From Octopus bimaculoides (lineage: Eukaryota): a stretch of DNA of 64,000 nt. The stretch lies in contig NC_068982.1 of assembly GCF_001194135.2 (NCBI RefSeq), positions 5,015,691 through 5,079,690 on the forward strand, read 5' to 3'. Under the pieces are notes generated by a model. It was not told where the DNA came from. It saw only the letters and a list, made by a program, of their open reading frames with translations, and searched no databases. Position numbers and translations under genes: made by a program. Shown here piece after piece: positions 12,580-25,125 of this stretch (the first letter of the stretch is position 1; each line of letters begins with the position of its first letter).

Positions 12580-12761
12580 ACCATTTAACATCTGTGTTCC
12601 TTGCTAGCATGGGTGGGACAGTACCACAAGAGCCAGCCAGTCCAAAGCCGGCACCAGGCTTCTGTGACTGTTTTGGCAGGATTTTTACAGCTGGATGCCC
12701 TTCCAAACACCAACCACTCAACAGAATGGACTTAGTGCTTTTTATGTGGCACAAGCACAGG

Positions 12762-12826
<65 letters not shown>

Positions 12827-12830
12827 CATA
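12580..12830 (-). mobile_element. Family R copy plus long (TA)n
   Basis: catttaacatctgtgttccttgctagcatggg...tacagctggatgcccttcc; TA run at ~12764-12820. Confidence 0.75.
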
Positions 12831-13526
12831 CACGTGTGTGCGTGTCAATGTTTGTTTTTATGTTCAGTTATAATAAAAACAATTTCACATTAATCTAGTG
12901 GGTCACCCTTTGCTTTTGTAGGATACAAAATGATTATTCTTAAACAAGACTATTATTGACAGTGACTTCAAAGTTTTGATTAGTTAAGCTGTAATCAGAC
13001 TGTAATGCATTGAAGTTAATCATGGCTTATATAGTCTCTTTTGAGTTAAAATCTTCCTTGCATGTGTGGGTTTGAGTGAAGTGGTAATTAGGTTGTAGGG
13101 CAGATTGTTATGGAGAGGTGGCTTGCAGAAATTTTTAATGATTAAATTTGGGATTATGTTGTTGTTTAGAATTTATTCATGTATGTAGAACTTTGTAAGC
13201 AGGTGTGGATATTCAGGTGGTTCTCTTCAGGTACATAGGTAGGGGATACGTCAAAAGTTTCAGTAATTTTGGGTTTTATTGGATTTAATACTTTGCTTTG
13301 ACAATGTTAAGGTCAAAAGTTCAAAGTATTTAAAATACACACACACACACACGGATACACACACACACATATAGAGAGATAGGTAATAGATATCCTTATC
13401 ATCATCATCATAACATCCACTTTTCCATACTTGCATGGATTGGATGGAGTTTATTGAGGCAGGTTTTCAACACCTGAATACCCTTCCTTTCACCAATTGT
13501 CACCTGTTTCCCAGTAAAGTAATATT

Positions 13527-14640
13527 TTACCATGGCCAGACACATTTCCGCAGAATATTGGAAATGCTATTAAATTTATGCTTGTACATATTATAATGAC
13601 ACTTAAAGGGATGAGATGTGGTGTTCTCAGTTTGTGTAATGACAATGCATTTATAGATGTTAGATATGAGGCACTTATATTCAGAAAGACATTGAATGGT
13701 TGCTCTACAGTTACAACTAGGTGAGTTATTCACAGAGTCCTAGAGAGACAAATAGGCTTGTAGTTTTCCCACTGCTAATTACATTACTTCTATTCCTTAT
13801 CATTTGTATTTTTTTACACTAATCCTATTATGTTTACTTTTAGTTTTAGTGCTTATAGTAATATTTTTGTGATTGTCATATCATTATTTTTCTGGTTATA
13901 AAAGCTATGAAATTTTTCAACATAGAAACATTCCATGTTAGCCTTCTTAATTATGGGGTAACATTATTTCAATACTTTCTCTACTTTTGAAATTACTAGT
14001 ATCCTCTTGTCTCAAATTAGAAATAGTTATCTCTATACTTTTACTTTATGTTGAGTGTTTAAGAAGTTCATTTTACTATTCAGACTACAATTCCTGGAAT
14101 TGAGTATCAGGAATTCTGTTTATGCTTAGGTTTCTGTTACTACATAGATAAGAAAGAGAGTTTCTATTTCAACTAGCATAAGGCTTGCACTCGGTGTACT
14201 TGTTGATTTTAGAGATATTAAGATAGTCTATGTTACGTGTCAGATTAGTTGTGGCTGAGGATGAGAATTTGATTGAAAATTGATGAAAGATGCTAGAATA
14301 TTTATGGTTAGATGGAAATTTTATCATTAATATATTAAAGAAAATCTTAAATATATTCGTTTTTAGATTTCTTGTGAAAGGAATGGTATACCATGTTACA
14401 TTATTTCTCCTGCTTTTCCTATAGTTAGCTGCATACGTAGTTATTTGTATTAGAGATGTCATAACTAAATAATCTATAAAAAGAGTCTTCTGCTTTTTCT
14501 GTTTTTTTCTTTGTCCTCTGTGATCTATGTAACTATTGAGACAACTGAGAGGAAATTTAGACAACAATATAAGTTCTTGCAGTTTTTCTCTTTTGAAGTA
14601 TAACAATATGCATGGAGTTCTATAAACCGGTTATATGTCA
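13527..14640 (-). mobile_element. Penelope-like retroelement (PLE) fragment: RT-EN linker and GIY-YIG region
   Basis: ORF 14169-14606 has RKSRRNNVTWYTIPFTRNLKTNIFKIFFNILMIKFPSNHKYSSIFHQFSIKFSSSATTNL (~PLE [40 protein letters not shown].SYSC..N). ORF 13527-13733 has SCNCRATIQCLSEYKCLISNIYKC..TEN...FKCHYNMYKHKF (~CNCR...CPL.G.CL...IYKA / TE..FK.R..NHK.SF). Confidence 0.8.
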
Positions 14641-14868
14641 TGCAATTTAAATTTAAATCAGTATGCACGCAGAAACACACACACACATACAGAGTGAGAG
14701 AATGCAAGATGTGTGTATGCTAATGTGTGTCTATGCGCATATATATATATTAGATTGGAGCCTGGTGTAGCCATCCGGTTGCACCAGTCCTCAGTCAAAT
14801 CGTCCAACTCATGCTAGCATGGAAAGCGGACGTTAAACGATGATGATGATGATATATATATATATATA

Positions 14869-15118
14869 TTGGGTCTGTGCATAATTATTGCGGCATTTTT
14901 TCAACAAATTTTATTTAACAAAAACAATAACAATATTTAACAAAAACATCTTTAAATGATGATCTGACCGTCTGCCAAGTAAATGGGAATCAGTAATTGA
15001 AGTGGATGGTGAATATGCTTCGGAATAATCATTTAAAGATGTTTTTGTTACGTTTTGTTATTGTTTTTGTTGAATAAAATTTGTTGAAAAAAGCCGCAAT
15101 AATTATGCACCAACCCAA
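14869..15118 (+). mobile_element. Mariner-derived MITE (internally deleted), TA TSD, in (TA)n
   Basis: ~90-95 bp TIRs (ttgggt..gtgcataattattgcggc..ttttttcaacaaattttatt.aacaaaaacaataacaa...); TA at 14867-68 and 15119-20; the centre encodes DRLPSKWESVIEVDGEYASE*, like the mariner transposase C-terminus (LP.RW..VI..DGEY). Confidence 0.9.
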
Positions 15119-15410
15119 TATATATGATATATATTTGCAAGGATATCCATTTATATCACACGAGGAATTTCAAATATTAATATTAAAAAGTATCAACTTA
15201 CCTTCAGACAGGGCACTGAGTTCTGATTTCGACTCAGTTTCCCCTGGAGAAGGAAGGAATTGTATTCATATATCACAATTGTAAACAGAGCTTTGAGCTA
15301 TTCAAGTTGTTATCAAAGAATCAATAAGGAGATTACAAGTTATAATAATTATATCCATACATCCTACTGAAATGTGTCTGTGCATATATATATATATATA
15401 TGTGTGTGTG

Positions 15411-16379
15411 TGTAGTGAAACCACCTCTCTCATGGTTATTTATTTACAAATGCGAACGTAGCAGGTAACAACTCTTTCCCGCCTTGACCACCGCTGTTGT
15501 CCATCACCTGACTGACTCTTATTTGCGCGGCAATTGTCTCCAGTCCTTTCGTGCCAGGGTGCAAACCGTCCAATCGTGGCCATCTAATAAGGTCACGTGA
15601 GAGAGTGTTATTCTGATTGTTTCTGGAGCCTCCTTGTACCTATAAATAGCCTGCTTTAACCCACGCCAGTTTGTCGCAGCTTCAGATCTGCTAAGGTCTG
15701 GTCGTTGACCACGTAACACCAACCAGCCAGTTTCCAGCGACGACATCGACACCATCATTCAACTGCTTACTACAACCTTCGTCCCCAACGTCGCCAACGT
15801 CAACATGACTTCTCCACGTACACAAGCAACCGCAGCTTCTCAACCCTGTTTGTGTGAATTGCCTCACCACGAATTAACAGCCAGAACTCAACCTGCGAAG
15901 AACATCTGTATCAAGAATCCGGCCCGGCATAGAAGCCTCAACTGCACGACAAGTGACTTAGCTCTGCCTCAACGCCTTAACCAATTATATACAGACTCTC
16001 TAACTACTGTGTACCTTAACAGAACTGGTATTTTCTTATCCGTGTTACTGACTCTTTCTATGCTTTGTATCTCTTGCATTCACATACATATATTTGTATA
16101 CACACTCTTTGTTTACATGACGGCCTGTCTTACATTGTGTTTTATTATGTCGCATTCAGACACACACAGACATACAGTTTAATGCTATAATAAATCTTAC
16201 TGTTATACATCTTTATCGGTTGAGTCATCTCTAACTTTTTCCTTACTGGCACTTCTTAGTTCTCTACGTCATAGTATTATAACATATCATATATTTTGTG
16301 TCGACCGTGTGACGCGTTAAAAAAGGAGGCTGTTTTCCATTCGTCACCATTTCTCCTTTGGTTCGCACGGTCGTCTACG
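15411..16379 (+). mobile_element. Solo LTR (~970 bp) in a (TG)n microsatellite
   Basis: Starts TGTAG (15411) and ends CTACG (16379, one mismatch to CTACA) with TGTG on both flanks; TATAAATA at 15641, AATAAA at 16189; CpG-rich. Alternative end: TATAACA at 16284. Confidence 0.7.
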
Positions 16380-16789
16380 TGTGTGTGTGTGTGTGTGCGT
16401 GTGTGCACGAATATTATATTACATTACCTTAGCTTTGCTTCCAAGTACTGACCACTTTGTATTGTATTGATTTCATAGATCAAGAGATACATGAGCTGGT
16501 ATCAATGCCGAGTTCACCTAAGGCTAGGTTCTCATGCAATATGCCTCTTACAAAAATTGAGATCATATCACCTAAGCATGGTTTATTTTTCTTGTTACCT
16601 CAATTAATCTTGATTTTATTCTTCATTAATCCTAAATGGAATCAAAGAAAGAAATTTTCTAGTAACATCTAAATGGTACCTGGAGAAATTCCTTTAAGAA
16701 ATTTCAGACAGACCACCAGAGTCTGGACACATTTTGGAATTGGTCAACAACTTATTTCTAGATAGTTTTTGTGTCATGCTTATATGTTT

Positions 16790-16990
16790 ATATTGGTTTC
16801 AAATTTTAGCACAATGCCAGCAATTTTGGAGCTAAGAGGTAAGTCAATTGCATTGCCCCCCCCCCATATTCAACAGGTACTCATTTTATCAGTCCCAACA
16901 GGATGAAAGCAAAGTCAACTTTGGCAGAATTTGAACTCAGAGCATAAACATATGCTGTTAAGCATTTTTCCCAGCATGCTTTGCTGCCTT
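16790..16990 (-). mobile_element. Nin/Deu-domain-like SINE (family N)
   Basis: ggtactcattttatcagtcccaacaggatgaaagcaaagtcaactttggcagaatttgaactcag is the reverse family N core. Confidence 0.75.
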
Positions 16991-18081
16991 AGTTATTTGC
17001 TTCATATCAAAATTCAGTGTCGTCTCTTATTCTCTCCATAAAAACATTCACTGCTGAGAATCTTTATCTCACTACAGTTAAATGAAGCTGAACAGGTGAT
17101 CTGGTTGGCATTATCATTTAAAAGGTCAAACTTGGGATTTCACAGTCCAAAGCATGCCTTCACATTATCATTTTGTTGCTTTTTATACACCTTTTAAAAC
17201 AAATTCTTAATAAAACAACAGAAAGAAATGTTAGGGTTTCTGCAAAAATCAATAAAAGAACCTCTAAAAAGGCTGGATTGAAAGCATTGTGATAAGATTG
17301 GTTTGTGGCATGTCACATCTAATGTGTTGGATCTGATCACATGTCCAGTCATACACCTGCTTCTTTGACAGTGTGTAATTACAAGAAACTTTAGCAAAAA
17401 AAAAAAAACGGGTAACGAAAACCTGTTGATTTAGGACTCAATACACATTCATTACAATCATCATAACCAATTGATGTCCGTTTTTCCATTCTGGTATGGG
17501 TTGGACAGCTTGATGAGTCAGCAAACCAGAGGATTGCACCAACCCACAAGGTCTGTTTTGGGGATAGTTTTTACAGCTGGACTTACTTCCTAACACCAAC
17601 CAGCTTACAGAGTGAACTCATGCTTTCTATGTGTCTAAATATTTTATTCAAAATGCAATGCAGGGTGACAGAGACTTGAAAGTTTCATCAGTAGTGGCTC
17701 ACATATAACACAGTTTGATGAGCCATTATTGGGAAAAACTTTGAAATCGGTTGCCCTGTTTTTCATTCAAATAAAATACCTACTTGCTTGGCACATCCAA
17801 CAACATATGATGACATCTGAATATGTGATCATGAAAAAAAGGGATCATCATCATCATCATTGCTATCATCAACACCAATCATCATCATCATCAACAACAT
17901 CATTTAAAGTCTGCTTTCGATACTGGCATGGGAAAATAATATATCTGGATGCAGAGAGGCTCAGACATTGCTATGAGGTTAAAAATGTTTGCTTCACAAC
18001 CTTATCTTCTATCTTCTACTTGTTTCAGTCATTAGGCTAAGGCCATGCTGGGGCATTGCCTTGAAGAATTTTTAGTGTAAT

Positions 18082-18496
18082 GTGACATCTGTGTGTCAAT
18101 AAACAGAGGTTAATAACCTAAGAACAAAACTGAAATAATTGTGATCAACTAGAAACTTCTGAAAGCAGTCGCCCAGCAAAATACAGACAGACAGAAATGG
18201 AAAATCATTTTCGTAGGCAGAATAAAAGATCCATGTCAAACAGTACTGATCTCCTGGATTGCTACCTGGGTAACATCATCTGTAGATGAAAGGATACCAC
18301 AATGGATGTCGTCATGTACCAATGTCCAAGTTTCCTGTACCACAGGGAAGCTCATGGCAAAGACTCCTCCCGCAAAACACTCCAGGAGACCACCATTTAT
18401 ATCTTCCCCCAGTTCCTGTCATGTACTGTTAACAATGTCTGGAGAGGGAGATAACTCCCCATCTATATAATACATAGCACAACTCAGAAAATCACA
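18082..18496 (-). mobile_element. Family L1 LTR-like element, copy 3
   Basis: TGTGA...TCACA termini; the minus-strand start tgtgattttctgag matches the copy 1 start tgtgagattctgag; shared core. Confidence 0.55.
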
Positions 18497-19110
18497 ATAA
18501 AGTTTATATCTTGTATAAAAATAGCTTAAAGCATACAATACCATACAATCAAGAGGTAGGCTCTCGGAAATCTCTTGCTCACTTCAGTTTGATCATAGAA
18601 TCACATTCGCCTTTTGAATAAGCATTGTCTAATTTTATCCCCCTCCCCATAAATTTCGTTCATTATTTAAGAAATAAATTTTCCATTAAGTAATTCATCA
18701 TTACTGTACAATAGATGTTCCTTCATTTATTTTCATTATCGATCAGTGTTAATCTTTAAATACCGAAATATGGAAACACTTTTCCATATTAACAAAGAAG
18801 ACACTATCTACATTAACAAAAGAAATCTTGGCTTTATACAAAATCCAAATTGAGCCAGTGAAGAAACATCTAAACACTCACTTTAATTACTAGAAATAGC
18901 AGCCAATTTCCTTAAGATACAGTCTGCAGTCTTCAGCAAAATAAGAAAAGAACACATTGGATAATGTAGTCCTAGATAACCCATCTCCAAAAGATGGACA
19001 AATTATGGTCAGAATGCCTTCATTCATATGTCTGCTGCATCAGGGTTAAAATCTTGGATTTCCTTTAGACCAGGGAACACCTGTTTGAGGTAACAACTTC
19101 CAGATAAAAG

Positions 19111-19560
19111 TTAAACATAAATGGCAGATTTACTTTTACTTGGCTCGAATTGGACTGTGTATTTAGTCAAAATCATTTTTGTTAATGTAGTCACTGGGTC
19201 TTCTATTAAAATGTCTTCTTTGGCTGTCCATCATAGATCAACATTGTCTGGTCTTCTTCAGGGATCATCTCTGGCAGGCTTGCATGTGGGATACAAGTCC
19301 TCTTGTTCTGCAGCAGCAATGACATCTGCTGCAGGTGAAGCTATTTGATGCCACAGAGAAGTGACACCTCTCATTTGCTCTTTTGTTGTTTCTCCTCGAT
19401 GGCTAGAATTATGAGCTTCAGCAATCGGTGCCAGAATTCTTTGATCAAGAAATGAACATCACCACTTCCTGTCTTTAAAAGATTTTAAGTATTTAACTGT
19501 GAAAAATAAATCAATGGGACCTGCATTGTACAGTAGTGCTGAGTAATTAATCTTTTTCAT
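19111..19560 (-). pseudogene. Unidentified disrupted reading frame (150 codons, three in-frame TGA)
   Basis: ATG at 19560, TAA at 19113-19111, TGA at 19461, 19260 and 19233, no internal TAA/TAG; higher-complexity sequence not matched to a repeat in the window. Confidence 0.3.
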
Positions 19561-20194
19561 TAGATTTCCTCAAATAACTCAAATTTTTAGACTTCAGTGG
19601 AATTTAATCAACTTTTTAATTTTGCCTAAGTAGTATGAAAATCCAGAAATAATTAAAAAAAAACCCCCCACCATAATTGGTCCCTTCACACCTAATTCCT
19701 TCTCTTTCATACTATCTGCCTTTCTTTCTACACACTTCTAATGATATCCAATGAACTCCCCACCACACACACACACATGCACATTCACTCAATAACACAG
19801 CATAAATGAACCAATAAAGCTTCTATAGAACTTCTTAACCTTCACAATATTTCAGTGAAACCTCCCTCAGAAAATTCTTTAATATCTTCAAAAGAGGAAG
19901 ATTTAAGTCCTAAATTTTTGGATAAAGTATCTGTAATGAAATAGAAAAATTATGGTTGAAATCACAGATCAAAAGCTTTATTTGATCAGCGACAGTTGTG
20001 CTTCATGTCTGTTCTGACAAAGCTTATCAAGGAGGTATTGAACAAGAACACAGAAGCTCTTAATTTTATAACTTAAAGTTGTTGTATCAAAATAAAACAA
20101 TAAGATTTTACACACCTAAAGTAAGTGTAGAAATGATATCAACAAAACACTAGAAAAGGATAAGATTATGGATGGTAATGTTTCAATTGAAAGA

Positions 20195-20410
20195 AGGCAG
20201 CGACCTGGCAGGAACGCTAGCACTCAGGGCGAAATGCTTAGCAGTATTTCATCTGTCTTTATGTTCTGAGGTCAAATTCCACCGAGGTCGACTTTGCCTT
20301 TCATCCTTTCGGGGTCGATTAAATAAGTACCAGTTACACAGTGGGGTCGATGTAATTGACTGGCTCCCTCCCCAAAAATTTCAGGTCTTGTGCCTAGAGT
20401 AGAAAAGAAT
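20195..20410 (+). mobile_element. Nin/Deu-domain-like SINE (family N), well preserved
   Basis: aaggcagcgacctggcaggaacgctagc...gaggtcgactttgcctttcatcctttcggggtcgattaaataagtaccag; the core resembles the Nin domain (ggtcgactcagccttccatccttccgaggtcggtaaaatgagtacc) as I recall it. Confidence 0.85.
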
Positions 20411-20624
20411 ATTTCAACTGAAAGAAAACAAATAGCTAACAGAAATAATAAATTAAAAAGTCCCAAAACTGAATTAAATATGAAAACAATGAAGTCTTCA
20501 AAATGTTGTTTATAAACAGAAAGTTTTATTTGATGATAAATTGAAAAAAATAAGATTTTCATTCTCTGTTTTGGTTTTCAAATGTTCTTCAATGGAGTGT
20601 TGCTTGCTGCTAAGTTTCCTCTAT

Positions 20625-21160
20625 CTTTTACTTGTTCTAGACATTAGACTGTGGCCATGCTGGGGCACTGCCTTGAAGAATTTTTAGTCGAAGGAATCAA
20701 CCCTGTCACTTATTGCTTCTTAAAGCCTAGTTCTGATTCATCTGTNNNNNNNNNNNNNNNNNNNNNNNNNNNNNNNNNNNNNNNNNNNNNNNNNNNNNNN
20801 NNNNNNNNNNNNNNNNNNNNNNNNNNNNNNNNNNNNNNNNNNNNNNNNNNNNNNNNNNNNNNNNNNNNNNNNNNNNNNNNNNNNNNNNNNNNNNNNNNNN
20901 NNNNNNNNNNNNNNNNNNNNNNNNNNNNNNNNNNNNNNNNNNNNNNNNNNNNNNNNNNNNNNNNNNNNNNNNNNNNNATATATATATATATATATATATA
21001 TACAATGGGCTTCTTTCAGTTTCTGTCTACCAAATCTGCTCACAAGGCTTTGGTTGGTTCGAGGCTACAGTAGCAGACACTTGCCCAAAGTGTCATGCAG
21101 TGGGACTGAGCCCAGAACCATGTGGTTTGGAAGCAAACTTCTTACCACACACCCACACCT
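20625..21160 (-). mobile_element. SINE family K spanning N-gap 20746-20977
   Basis: Tail before the gap, (TA)n and head after it. Confidence 0.8.
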
Positions 21161-22182
21161 ACGCCTGGTTTCCGGGCTTTTAAATTTTAGATTTATTGAT
21201 TCAAACACTTTGAAGATAGATTCTGATGAAGTGGCTTCACTGTGCTTACGTCGGAATGTCTTTCCAAGAAATAATTACCATGGTTGAGTATGTGACATCA
21301 CAAAAAGCATTCAGCTGCAAAACAGCCAATTTTTTTTCGAATTAACAGAACAATTCAAATCATGACAGCATGGAAAAATCAGGTGTAAAAGGAAGGAAAA
21401 AAACATATTTATTTCTGTTTAGAAACTATAATCGATGTTGGATTAAACAAGTTAATTTGAATTGTCACTTGAAAAACATATACAATGGCTTGTATAAACA
21501 CTGAGGGAAGCTAGCAGAATGTGAAAATAAACAACAAGAAACCAAAGCTAAACTTAAATCTAACAACAAAGCAGAGTGAAGATCAATATCTATTCCTGTC
21601 GAGATGAGTTATAAATCAAAGAATAAAAACCTAAGAAACATCAATAAATAGATGTAAAAATGTTAATGCTAAAAAACAGAACAGATGTAAAAATAAATAA
21701 ATGTAAAAATGCATTAACAATTGAAATGCAATATTTCTGTTCAGAAATTAATCTTTGAGATTGAAAATTCTATGACAACAAAGGCCCTAATTATTTAGAA
21801 TTGATTTTTATTTCAGGTCTTTTTGTGTGAAATAAATTCCACCTATAAGTTAGGATATGCTTACAATTTCTTTAGAATCTCAAAACGGACAACAATTGAT
21901 AAAAGAGGCCCAAGACTTTCACTGTTTCATAATGGTACTTCTGAAGAGTTTTGTAAAGATCTTTCACTTGTTTCAGTCATTGGACTTCAGCCATGCTGGA
22001 GCACCTCCTTGAATAAATTTTAGTCAAACAACTCATCCGCTATACTTATTATATTTTTAAGCCTGATACTTATTTTATCGGTTTCTTTTGCTGAACCACT
22101 AGGTTACAGAGATGTAAAGACACCAATGCTGGTTGTCAAGCAGTGGCGGAGGACAAATACAGACACCCCTCCCCCCACATAT

Positions 22183-23015
22183 ATATAGACCTTTGGAAAT
22201 GTGACTACTGACCGAGACCTTTGGAAATGTGCTGTGCGTGAGAAGACCCGGCAAGCCAAGTAAGATCGTTGCCAGTGCCCCTGGACTGGCTCTTGTGCGG
22301 GTGGCACATGAGATGCACCATTTTGAGCGTGGCCGTTGCCAGTACCGCCTGACTGGCTCCCGTAGGATTTTCGAGTGAGATCGTTGCCAGTGCCCCTGGA
22401 CTGGCTTGTGCGGGTGGTACATAAAAGACACCATTTCGAGCGTGGCCATTTTCGTGCGGGTGACACGTAAAAGCACCCACTACACTCTCTGAGTGGTTGG
22501 CGTTAGGAAGGGCATCCAGCTGTAGAAACTCTGCCAAATTAGATATATATATATATACATACATACATACATACATACATACATAAACACAAAATCCACT
22601 CATGAGACCCGGTAAATAAAGTGAGATCACAGCTGTAACCTACACCAGTGTCGCATAACCAGCCTACTCAAAAGTACCCTTGGATCATAGGGTAACATGC
22701 CGTGCTTGAGGAGACCTATTGAGTCAAGTACATCAAAATCAAATGGAAATTGTAGTTGTGATCCCTGTGCTGGTGGCACATAAAAAGCACCAACCGATCA
22801 TGGTTGTTGCCAGCCCCCTCTAGCTCCTGTGCCGGTTGCACGTAAAAAGCACCCACTACACTTTCGGAGTGGTTGGCATTAGGAAGGGCATCCAGCTGTA
22901 GAAACTCTGCCAGATCAGACTGGAGCCTGGTGCAGCCTCCTGGCTTTCCAGAACCCGATCGAACCGTTCAACCCATGCCAGCATGGAAAATGGACGTTAA
23001 ACGATGATGATGATA
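22183..23015 (+). mobile_element. Two adjacent family R copies (22183-22540 and ~22575-23015), the first inserted in a family K SINE
   Basis: Tandem units and conserved ends; the K SINE body at 21960-22180 is cut at its internal microsatellite and a K head resumes at 23100-23225. Confidence 0.8.
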
Positions 23016-23052
23016 CATACATATNNNNNNNNNNNNNNNNNNNNNNNNNNNN

Positions 23053-23092
<40 letters not shown>

Positions 23093-23699
23093 TACATACA
23101 TACAAAATCCACTCACAAGGCTTTGATTAGCCCAAGGCTATAGAAGAAGACACTTGCCTGGAACTGAACCCAAAGCCATATAGTTGGGAAGCAAGTTTCT
23201 TAGCCCACAGCCACACCTTCACCCATATGTAAAAATTCAGCTGAAATATATGAATGCTCTCTTTCCACTGCATTGAAAATGTTCTTACATATCTTAAACA
23301 GAAAGGTATTGATTTCTTTCTAGTGTATATATTTTTTTAATATTCTCACAAAGACGAATAAAAATATTTCAATTCACAAACTAATGATTGTTTAGAATAT
23401 ATTTTTTTTTTCTTATTAAAGCTGTATGCATGCTTTAGCCTCAATCTGTCTAAAAGCTATTTACTTGATTGGAAATTTCTCTTTTACCAATAACCATCAA
23501 TTTGGGGAGCATCAGACTGCCACAGCATCTTTCTACTTTTACCACCATTATTATAACACAACCAGCTCTTGTGCTGGAAAGATCTATTTTATTTAGAAAA
23601 ACTCTAATTTTACTCCTCTCCACCTTTCTAGTTCCACTACCTTGCACACACACACGCACACACACATACCAAGGGTAAACGTACATTTAGTCATTTCAA

Positions 23700-24241
23700 A
23701 CTAATAAGGCCACTATCCTAACAAACAGTATCCCTTCCCTTAACTTCAAACCCTGTCCCAGAGCTGCTCCTATACTTACCAAAATTCTTTCGTCCCCTTC
23801 TTTACAAGGATCTAAACTGACTTTTGGAAACACACAGCACTATGTCCCATCTCCAAGACAGGTGACCTATACTACACCCACATTTAATATTTCAAAAGTA
23901 ACAGAGACGGCCATTAACAATGATGTCCTCTAACATTCATGGCTGCTACGCGAGTCTCCCATCAAAGTTTTCTGCCTATCTTTCATCCCTTAGATTTCTT
24001 GCTCCTTATCAGGTTCTATCAACATTGGCATGTCCTTTGGTTCAGCTTTCTACCCCTTCACTTGCTTCCTTTTCTATATCAATGTCAAGTGGAATTCCCT
24101 CTCTGCTTACATATCTTCCCCACAGATGTTAACTTACAAAGGTTCAAAAGAAACATTAATGACATAAATCTCACCATTCTAAGAAAGCCTGTGAATAGGC
24201 ACTACCCGTTCCTTCAAACCAAGCGAGTAAAGAAATAAAAG
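23700..24241 (+). mobile_element. CR1/L2/Jockey-group LINE 3' end, decayed
   Basis: IHGCYASLP, WNSL (24090), then after a frameshift IFPTDVNLQRFKRNINDINL (~LWNSLP..VFP..YNLQ.FK..VN); A-rich end at 24230-24241. Confidence 0.7.
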
Positions 24242-24909
24242 TTCATTTTAATCTCTATATTCTCTTGATCATTTCATCTCTTGTCAACCATATTGTTTTC
24301 TAAACACTCTACACTCAAAACTAGCTTAGATACTGAAGTCTTCTCGTGCAGCTATTTTCTCAGCAACTAATTATTGTCACCGCAAATAAAAGTCATCTCA
24401 ATAATTTCAAGAAAACTTTCTATCTTCAATACACAATCTTCATGACACAAGTTATGAACACATATTTTGGAATCTGCATAAATGCAAACACTAACAACCC
24501 TCACATCAACGAGTTAAAGACCTAACAATGACAGTCAATGCATTCCTAAAGCATCTTGATTAAGGTTTTTGTCCTTACTTTCAGGAAACAACAGACAAAA
24601 CTAAATTAATTGTCTTAAACTCAGCAGATAAAACTAAAAGACACATGAAAGAATACACTTTAAAAGCATGAGAATACTAAAAGACATTCCACGACATCAA
24701 AAATGCTTTTTCTATTTTCCTCTTTAAATTTCAAAACTTTATCATGCATTTTAGAAGATGACAGTTACATTTTTCATGAGGCAATTTTAACCCTAGAGGC
24801 AAATTATATGTTAAACTTATTGTGATTTTGACCAGTAAAAGTACAAATAAATAAAAACAAAATTAAAAAAACTCCAATTATAAATGATTAACAGGATCTG
24901 TGTCATTAA

Positions 24910-25125
24910 CCCTTTAGCATTCAGATTACTCCACCAAACATAATGCTTATTTATTCACATTGTTGTGTGTTAATCCTGCATTATCCCATAGCTTTGAGAT
25001 TTCGATGAAGTAATACTTTAGTTTTCGAATTACATTGTTGGGTAGGTGTGAGATGCCAGATCTGGCTGGTTTAAATGTAAGACCTGCAGAATATTTGGGC
25101 TGGGTATGGCTTAAACACTAAAAGG
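24910..25125 (+). mobile_element. piggyBac-type MITE family P2, copy 1
   Basis: TTAA|CCCTTTAGCATT start and degenerate ...ACTAAAAGG end; homologous copy at 53545-53765. Confidence 0.65.

Noticed and set aside
19000-19110. SECIS element downstream of the UGA-rich frame
   Set aside because: No AUGA/AA/GA kink-turn arrangement evident, and the segment resembles a dispersed repeat also seen near 40500-40680.
23770-24200. Minus-strand exon ending at a strong GTAAGT donor (~23780)
   Set aside because: All minus frames are closed and the plus strand is a CR1/L2-type 3' end.
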